Assembly: GCA_001821395.1 (NCBI GenBank)
Contig: MHLM01000012.1
Location: 84,107 to 148,106, forward strand
DNA: 64,000 nucleotides
Reading direction: 5' to 3'
From: Candidatus Lloydbacteria bacterium RIFCSPHIGHO2_02_FULL_50_18
GTDB taxonomy: Bacteria > Patescibacteriota > Minisyncoccia > Phycocordibacterales > UBA6899
This document shows positions 58,462 to 64,000 of the stretch, piece by piece. The stretch's first letter is position 1; the number at the start of each line of letters is the position of its first letter. Below the pieces are notes generated by a model that did not search any database, had not been told where the DNA came from, and saw nothing but the letters and a program-made list of their open reading frames with translations. Position numbers and translations under genes: made by a program.

Positions 58462-59651
58462 AGACTGTCTGCATTGAATACGTGCGAGCAGCCCCGGCAC
58501 TCCATATTTGGTATACTCACAGAATGGCCGGAATAATGGTGATCAATAAAATATCCAAGCATTGGGGAGGACTGCTCTCGCTGCTTCGGCGCCATGGGCA
58601 TCACATCTCACTCATGATGTGTCTCACCGGCTTTGTACTTGATTCGACCTTTTTACCAAGCATCGACCATATCGCGACGCAGATCATCAGCGTATGTTAT
58701 TTTGGTATTGCAATAATCGCGCTCTTTTTTTCGCAGGCAATCACGACAAACAAAATTCGGGCCCCTTGGCTATTGTTGATCTCCCCGCTCTTTCCGCTCA
58801 TCATTCAATTTGTATTCGGAGGACTCTTGAGTGTCGTTTTTGTTTACTATTTCCGTAGTGCATCGCTGTCGGTAAGCTGGCCGCTCATACTCTTACTCGG
58901 TGCACTCATGGCGGGGAATGAGCTGTGGAGGAAGCGTCTCGAACAGCTAGAATTTCAAGTAACCGTACTTTTTCTTTTATTTTTATTCTTTAGCATATTC
59001 ACGATACCGCTTTTTCTCGGGTCGATCGGCACGATGACATTCCTACTGTCTGTGCTTGTGAGCATCGGGATGTTGTGGCTCCTCCTCCTCTTGTTGTCGG
59101 TCGTTGCGTTCGGTGCACTGAAAAAAAAGATATACCGGCTTTTCCTTATGCCCTTCTTCTCCGCTTTACTTGTGGTCGGTCTCTACTTTGCCAATATATT
59201 GCCGCCTATTCCGCTTGTCACGCGTGCTGATGGGGTCTTTCACTCACTCGCTCGCAATGTGTCAGGTGAATACGTCGGTAGCCGAGAAGATGAGACGTGG
59301 AGACAGCGCTATTTTTCGCTTTGGTACCCTCCAGTCTACCATCGCTTTCCCGGAGAATCCATCTTTTTTTATAGTGCGGTATACGCACCGGTCCAACTGC
59401 ATACGCCCATCATTCATTTGTGGCAGTACCGAGATACGGCGAGCGGTCGTTGGGTCGATGCTGTGCGTGTTGAGTTTCCCATGAGTGGAGGAAGGGAAGC
59501 GGGGTATCGCGGATATTCTGAAAAGCAGTATGCACCGGCCGGATCATGGAGAGTGCTTGTCGAGACCGTGGACGGGCGGACGATCAGCCGAAAGAAGTTT
59601 GTCGTTGTTGATGTCGACAGCCATGCGCTCACAAGGCAAATAGCATTATGA
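58455..59651 (+). CDS. hypothetical polytopic membrane protein with C-terminal soluble domain
   Basis: About 8 TM helices. Start uncertain (58455 or the ATG at 58524). Confidence 0.45.
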   Translation: MLETVCIEYVRAAPALHIWYTHRMAGIMVINKISKHWGGLLSLLRRHGHHISLMMCLTGFVLDSTFLPSIDHIATQIISVCYFGIAIIALFFSQAITTNKIRAPWLLLISPLFPLIIQFVFGGLLSVVFVYYFRSASLSVSWPLILLLGALMAGNELWRKRLEQLEFQVTVLFLLFLFFSIFTIPLFLGSIGTMTFLLSVLVSIGMLWLLLLLLSVVAFGALKKKIYRLFLMPFFSALLVVGLYFANILPPIPLVTRADGVFHSLARNVSGEYVGSREDETWRQRYFSLWYPPVYHRFPGESIFFYSAVYAPVQLHTPIIHLWQYRDTASGRWVDAVRVEFPMSGGREAGYRGYSEKQYAPAGSWRVLVETVDGRTISRKKFVVVDVDSHALTRQIAL

Positions 59652-59711
59652 TCGCAGCTGATCAAATAAAAACCGCTCTAATGATAGAGCGGTTTTTGTC
59701 TGAGCTGCTGT

Positions 59712-60059
59712 TTATTTCATTACCTCTTTCGCAACGCGATTGAAGGTTTCAGTATTGAATTCGGCGAGGGTCGCGAAGATTTTACGATCGATAAGAATCT
59801 TTTTCTTTGTCGCGACACCGATGAATTTTGAGTATGAGTAGCCGAGTGGGCGCAGTGCTGCGTTCATTTTGACCTGCCACATACGGCGGAAGTCGTTTTT
59901 CTTGTCCTTGCGATGGGTGAACTGGTAGACGCCGGCTTTCCTGAGTGCGACCTTTGCCTCGATCTCTTTCTTGGAACGGCCGTGACGGTAGCCCTTTGCG
60001 GCTGTGAGTACCTTCTTGCGACGTTTATTGGATGTGACTCCTCGTTTTACGCGTGACAT
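59712..60059 (-). CDS. rplT: 50S ribosomal protein L20
   Basis: MSRVKRGVTSNKRRKKVLTAAKGYRHGRSK... Confidence 0.95.
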   Translation of the reverse strand: MSRVKRGVTSNKRRKKVLTAAKGYRHGRSKKEIEAKVALRKAGVYQFTHRKDKKNDFRRMWQVKMNAALRPLGYSYSKFIGVATKKKILIDRKIFATLAEFNTETFNRVAKEVMK

Positions 60060-60094
60060 ATAATGGTGTTAGCGGTGATTGCGGTAATGAGTAA

Positions 60095-60286
60095 TTAGAC
60101 CCCGAGAAGAAAACGCTGCTTTGCCTTGCTCGACATCGGAAGGTCAACACGATGTTTCTTGATGAGCTGCTTACTGCGGCTCTCTTTTGCATTGAAGTGG
60201 TTGATCCCCGGCTTACGAAGGAGCACTTTGCCCGTCTTTGTGACCTTGACGCGCTTTGCGTATGATTTATGTGTTTTTGTTTTCAT
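60095..60286 (-). CDS. rpmI: 50S ribosomal protein L35
   Basis: MKTKTHKSYAKRVKVTKTGKVLLRKPGINHF... Start taken at the internal M to avoid overlap with infC. The ORF-track start is 60301. Confidence 0.85.
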   Translation of the reverse strand: MKTKTHKSYAKRVKVTKTGKVLLRKPGINHFNAKESRSKQLIKKHRVDLPMSSKAKQRFLLGV

Positions 60287-60287
60287 A

Positions 60288-60860
60288 TTATTTTGCTTCA
60301 ATTGTTGGCGGCGGTACCGCCTTGTCGGTCTTTTCGGTTACTTCTTTCTTCTTACTGCCTCTTTCAATTACTATCGTTAGTCCCTTCGGGCTCTTTTTCG
60401 GTTCCTCTGCGACCTTATAGTCCTCGGAAACAAGGCGCAGTATTCGGTCAAGCCGCTCTTCGAGAAACTTGGGCTCCATGTACTTGGTACGTCCCGGAAG
60501 GAAGAGGTCCAGCTTCACTCGGTGCGACTCTCGAAGCCATTCCGAGGCTTTCTTTGCCTTAAGTTCGAGATCTCGCTCTGATGTTCCTATCTTTATTTGG
60601 ACGTTCTTCGTCTCTGTGACATGTGCTTTCGCCCGTGCATCCCTATCTTTCTTTTGGGTCGTGTACTGGAATCTACCATAGTCCGTTATTTTTGCAACGG
60701 GGGGGGTGGCGTTGGGGGATATTTCGATCAGATCGAGACCCCTTTCCATTGCAAGTTTGATGGCTTCCGTGGTTGTCATGTTGCCGAGACTGCCATCATC
60801 GTCGATGACGCGAAGCATCGGAGCCTTAATCTGGTGGTTTATTCGAGTTTTTTCTTTCAT
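60288..60860 (-). CDS. infC: translation initiation factor IF-3 (K/E-rich C-terminal extension)
   Basis: INHQIKAPMLRVIDDDGSLGNM...GLDLIEISPNATPPVAKITDYGRF. IF3 may use a non-canonical start; the ORF extends to 60926. Confidence 0.85.
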   Translation of the reverse strand: MKEKTRINHQIKAPMLRVIDDDGSLGNMTTTEAIKLAMERGLDLIEISPNATPPVAKITDYGRFQYTTQKKDRDARAKAHVTETKNVQIKIGTSERDLELKAKKASEWLRESHRVKLDLFLPGRTKYMEPKFLEERLDRILRLVSEDYKVAEEPKKSPKGLTIVIERGSKKKEVTEKTDKAVPPPTIEAK

Positions 60861-60974
60861 GAGATTGAGACCGACAGTGTAGCAGATATCGTAAAAAACG
60901 TACAGTCTGTAAGGCTTTTTTGCCAAAATGAAGACCCCCGCGATCAGGCGGGGGCGTTGATGGAAGGTCGGAAC

Positions 60975-61172
60975 TTAAATACCCTTTTGCTCCGGCGTAG
61001 TACTTGCTTCTTGCAGCATCCGGATGAGCTCATCAGGGATACTGGCTTCCTCACCAAGAAAGATGCTTTCAACAGGGGCTTTTTTGCCAGAATTGGCCTT
61101 AGTTCCCACTTTCTTGTTCATTCCGAACATGTCTTTTATGAACGCGACGATACGATCTTTTTTCACGGTCAT
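60975..61172 (-). CDS. hypothetical small protein (65 aa)
   Basis: GGAGA directly upstream of the ATG at 61172. Hairpin cccccgc-gatcag-gcggggg downstream at 60943-60962. Confidence 0.4.
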   Translation of the reverse strand: MTVKKDRIVAFIKDMFGMNKKVGTKANSGKKAPVESIFLGEEASIPDELIRMLQEASTTPEQKGI

Positions 61173-61271
61173 TCTCCTATGGTAGTGTGGGGTGAAATAA
61201 ATACTTTTGAATTGTAGCACAATCGTCACTCTGTGTCAAATAATAACCCCCTCTTTTGTGAGGGGGTTTGT

Positions 61272-62570
61272 TCAGAGCATTCCGCACTGCATCATTGATT
61301 CGATCTCATCCGGATCTTTCGGCGCAAGATGAGAAAGGGTCACGGGACCACTTCGTGTGATGAGTATGTCATCTTCGATGCGGATCCCGATATCTTTGTA
61401 TTCTTTTGCCCCCTTCGCTTCCCGAACATAGAGACCCGGTTCGACGGTGAGTATCATTCCTTCGGAAAGGAATCGCTCCGCCCGCGCTGTTTCTTTGTTC
61501 CACGCATAGTCGCCGACGTCATGCACGTCCAGTCCAAGCCAGTGGCTCGTTCCGTGTGGAAAGAATCTTCTGTCTAAGTCGCGAAGTACAGCGTCATCAG
61601 GATCCTTTGCTGTGATGAGTCCGACCCGCAGCAATCCCTCGGCGATGAATTTTCTCGCGACCTCATCGAGGTATCCAACAGAGATCCCCACCTTGGCGCA
61701 CTTGATCGCTTCCGTCTGTGCACGAAGGACGATCTCGTAGAGCGTGCGTTGCGGCTTGTTCCATAGTCCGGAAACGGGAAATGTTCGCGTGATGTCGGAG
61801 GCGTAACCCTCGAGTTCACATCCTGCATCGATAAGCAGCAGTTCGCCGTCTTTTAATTGCGCGCTGTTTCTCGTGTAGTGCAGCGTGCAGGCATTTTTTC
61901 CGCTTGCGACGATCGAGGGATAGGCGTGAAGCGGATCTCCTCCCGCCCGACGGAACGCACGGGAGAGCTCTGCTTCGACCTCGTATTCATACATCCCCGG
62001 TTTGACGAGGAAAAGAATGTCACGATGTGCCGCACCACTCACGGTACATGCTCTCCGCATGATGTCTATCTCGTGAGCATCTTTTATGAGTCGCATTTCC
62101 CCGATGAGATACTTTATGTCGTGACCTCTTCCGTTGCGCTCTAGTCCCTGCACGGCCGAAGCAAATGGTCCGGTGTGGGCCGAGGTGCATGCAACGACTT
62201 GAGCATGATCAGTGATACTTCTCACTTTTTTGTAGAGTAGATCGGCGCTGGTCAGTCCGTATGCTTCATCAAACCCAAAGATGCGTACCGCGGCCTTAGG
62301 TCCGATGCTTTTCCCCGCAAACAGTTCAGTGGATTTATTATTTTTCTGATAGAACAGTATTGAGCAAGGTTTCTCACCGCCCTTAATGAGCAGTAGCGCA
62401 TCGTGTTCTTGCCAGCCGGTCAGATAAAAGAAATCGCTATCCTGTTTGAACGGGTATTCCACGTCGCGATTACGCAGGCGCGTGGTGTTTCCGGGAATGA
62501 GGGCAATACACCCCTCCCCGATCCGTAGTCCAAGTGCATGGCGACGTTGTGCGTATCTGTTGCGAAACAT
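61272..62570 (-). CDS. pepP: Xaa-Pro aminopeptidase, M24B family
   Basis: HGTSHWLGLDVHDVG and other pita-bread metal ligands. N-terminal creatinase-like domain. Confidence 0.85.
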   Translation of the reverse strand: MFRNRYAQRRHALGLRIGEGCIALIPGNTTRLRNRDVEYPFKQDSDFFYLTGWQEHDALLLIKGGEKPCSILFYQKNNKSTELFAGKSIGPKAAVRIFGFDEAYGLTSADLLYKKVRSITDHAQVVACTSAHTGPFASAVQGLERNGRGHDIKYLIGEMRLIKDAHEIDIMRRACTVSGAAHRDILFLVKPGMYEYEVEAELSRAFRRAGGDPLHAYPSIVASGKNACTLHYTRNSAQLKDGELLLIDAGCELEGYASDITRTFPVSGLWNKPQRTLYEIVLRAQTEAIKCAKVGISVGYLDEVARKFIAEGLLRVGLITAKDPDDAVLRDLDRRFFPHGTSHWLGLDVHDVGDYAWNKETARAERFLSEGMILTVEPGLYVREAKGAKEYKDIGIRIEDDILITRSGPVTLSHLAPKDPDEIESMMQCGML

Positions 62571-62680
62571 TAGTCTTCCTTTCGAAGAAATAAAAAGTAC
62601 TACTGAAATTCAGGCTAGCGAAAAATATGGATATAGTCGAGCGAACAAGCCGCAAGATATGTGGCGTGCACATTTGCATA

Positions 62681-62727
62681 TTTCAACCACGGTGCGCTAG
62701 GGCGTATGGTGGTTGAAATTTTTTTGC
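62681..62727 (+). terminator. orphan plus-strand hairpin plus T7 (possible sRNA 3' end)
   Basis: tttcaaccac-17nt-gtggttgaaa plus TTTTTTT. No plus-strand CDS upstream. Confidence 0.3.
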
Positions 62728-62743
62728 CATAAAAAAGCCGCAC

Positions 62744-62766
62744 CTGTTTTTGGTGCGGCGGTGATA
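62744..62766 (-). terminator. terminator for the minus-strand Ubl gene
   Basis: gccgcacc-tgtttttg-ggtgcggc preceded on the plus strand by AAAAAA. Confidence 0.5.
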
Positions 62767-62798
62767 TTGTGTCCTCTGTGCGAGACGGACGAAAGAAC

Positions 62799-63044
62799 TC
62801 AGGAGCCTTGGGGACGTTCAGTGACGCGCAGTTCGACCTTTGCGTCGGCCGGGACAACGGTATCTTCGGTGGCCGGTTTGCCGTTGACGCTCACGTTGCG
62901 ATTCTTGAGGTCAAGGCCAAGTGTTTTGGCCATTTCGCTCACGGTCGTTGCGGTCATCGGGACTTCGACGTCCTTCGTCTCAGTTTTCCCCTTGAGGGGG
63001 ATCTGACTCAGGGTCACGGTCATCGAACCTTTTACTTTTGCCAT
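62799..63044 (-). CDS. small beta-grasp (ThiS/MoaD/ubiquitin-like) protein, 81 aa
   Basis: MAKVKGSMTVTL...VSVNGKPATEDTVVPADAKVELRV matches the ThiS/MoaD pattern. AAGGAG RBS. The C-terminus is ...ERPQGS, with no terminal GG. Confidence 0.55.
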   Translation of the reverse strand: MAKVKGSMTVTLSQIPLKGKTETKDVEVPMTATTVSEMAKTLGLDLKNRNVSVNGKPATEDTVVPADAKVELRVTERPQGS

Positions 63045-63045
63045 T

Positions 63046-63723
63046 TCAATTCTCCTTGATGGGTTGGGGATACACGAACACTTCGGACTCATTTCGTTCG
63101 AGGTGTGCGTACTCGGTTCTACCAGACTTCCAGAACTTTGCCAAGCCCTTCACGGCTTCGGCGGCCACAGCGCTCGAGATATAGATGATGCTGTGCAGCC
63201 CGCACATTTGCCGTGCTGCGTGGCTTGAGTCATAGCTCAGGTAGTGCTCGTAGTGTGCAATGTCTTCCACTTTGCATGGGCGGATGGTGAACACCTGGAA
63301 GAATTCCTCTGCGACCCGAGTATCAATGAGGATGTCCACGAATGGATTCTTTTTCACTATTCGCCAGATTGTTTGCCGTGCTTCCATTGTGTCGACGCAG
63401 CAAACGACGCTTCCTTTGATCGCTTCACCTTCGTATTTTCTCCTTTCGGTTTTGACGACGACTCCGGTATCGCGTAGGATCGTTGCCGCGAGTGCGTCGA
63501 CTTTGTACTTCCCGTAGTCCGAGCGACCATAGAGTGACGGTCCGATGTTGTGCGAATCGATGGAGTCATGATCCCACACGGTGAGATCGGTGACGCCGAT
63601 GCGTGCCAACATTGACGCGACGTGACTTCCGACCGAGCCTGCGCCCAAGAGGTGGACCGCCCTGACTTCTTTAGGGGAAATGAAATTACGCTGCTGAGAG
63701 AAATTTAGCTCATTCGAACTCAT
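63046..63723 (-). CDS. E1-like ThiF/MoeB-family adenylyltransferase (225 aa)
   Basis: Rossmann LLGAGSVGSHVASMLARIGVTDLTVWDHDSIDSHNI and VCCVDTMEARQ. GGAGG RBS. ATGA overlap with the upstream gene. Confidence 0.7.
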   Translation of the reverse strand: MSSNELNFSQQRNFISPKEVRAVHLLGAGSVGSHVASMLARIGVTDLTVWDHDSIDSHNIGPSLYGRSDYGKYKVDALAATILRDTGVVVKTERRKYEGEAIKGSVVCCVDTMEARQTIWRIVKKNPFVDILIDTRVAEEFFQVFTIRPCKVEDIAHYEHYLSYDSSHAARQMCGLHSIIYISSAVAAEAVKGLAKFWKSGRTEYAHLERNESEVFVYPQPIKEN

Positions 63724-64000
63724 GTATTTACCTCCGTTGTGTTCGATTCTTCGAGTGGCCATTCTTCGATCTTATGCCATATGACGAGGTCCGGCGTGTA
63801 GCTCTCAAGCCACAAAAGAATGTAGTTGAGTGCATCCGCATATTCATGCTCCACCAAAGCGTCGTCGACAGTCGCGCCGATATTTCCGAGGCATTGGCCG
63901 TTATGGGCTGAGATGTGTGGATGGGGCTCGCCCGTCGGGTGACATGATTCTTCCACCCATACGAGTGCGGCACCATCGAGTTCGAAGTGAACGGTAAATG
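63720..64000 (-). CDS. UBC/E2-like protein, 5'-truncated by window edge
   Basis: HPHISAHNGQCL has the same spacing as the E2 HPN-x7-C motif HPNIxxxGxICL. It is followed by ALNYILLWLESYTPD, similar to E2 LLSIxxLLxxPNPxxP. Confidence 0.45.
   Translation of the reverse strand, partial: FTVHFELDGAALVWVEESCHPTGEPHPHISAHNGQCLGNIGATVDDALVEHEYADALNYILLWLESYTPDLVIWHKIEEWPLEESNTTEVNT

Overview
This 64 kb window reads as a small-genome, CPR/Patescibacteria-like bacterium. That placement is an inference from four things: no rpmD (L30) between rpsE and rplO, Lys/Ala-rich tails on several r-proteins, many weak-SD or leaderless starts, and a zinc-ribbon S14. The backbone is the conserved str-S10-spc ribosomal superoperon: rpsL-rpsG-fusA ... 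tuf-rpsJ-rplC-rplD-rplW-rplB ... rpsS-rplV-rpsC-rplP-rpmC-rpsQ-rplN-rplX-rplE ... rpsN-rpsH-rplF-rplR-rpsE-rplO-secY-adk-map. Unusually, it is broken into blocks by at least six insertions of accessory DNA: S7|EF-G, EF-G|EF-Tu, S10|L3, L2|S19, L5|S14, and after map. The accessory blocks carry a frameshifted Fic gene, a Bax-inhibitor-1 gene broken by a 7-bp tandem duplication, a dNK-like kinase with two tandem HAD nucleotidase paralogs, an HD hydrolase, two paralogous proteins of unknown function, and two M50 site-2-type proteases. They also carry a 914-aa secreted beta-helix protein with a C-terminal metzincin motif and several families of repeats and palindromes. After map, the expected infA-rpmJ-rpsM-rpsK-rpsD-rpoA-rplQ genes are absent. 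In their place is an 11.5 kb co-directional cluster of unknown genes, including a HerA/FtsK/VirD4-like P-loop ATPase (1059 aa), an HExxH protein and a 1743-aa giant membrane protein. The giant gene has a perfect consensus leaderless promoter. The 3' part of the window has ndk, an RNase J-like beta-CASP hydrolase, ung, rplT-rpmI-infC (minus strand) and pepP. At the window edge sits a minus-strand operon for an E2-like (HPN-Cys motif, truncated by the window), an E1-like ThiF and a small beta-grasp protein. I read this as a candidate prokaryotic ubiquitin-like conjugation system. No rRNA, tRNA, CRISPR array or recognisable transposase was found.
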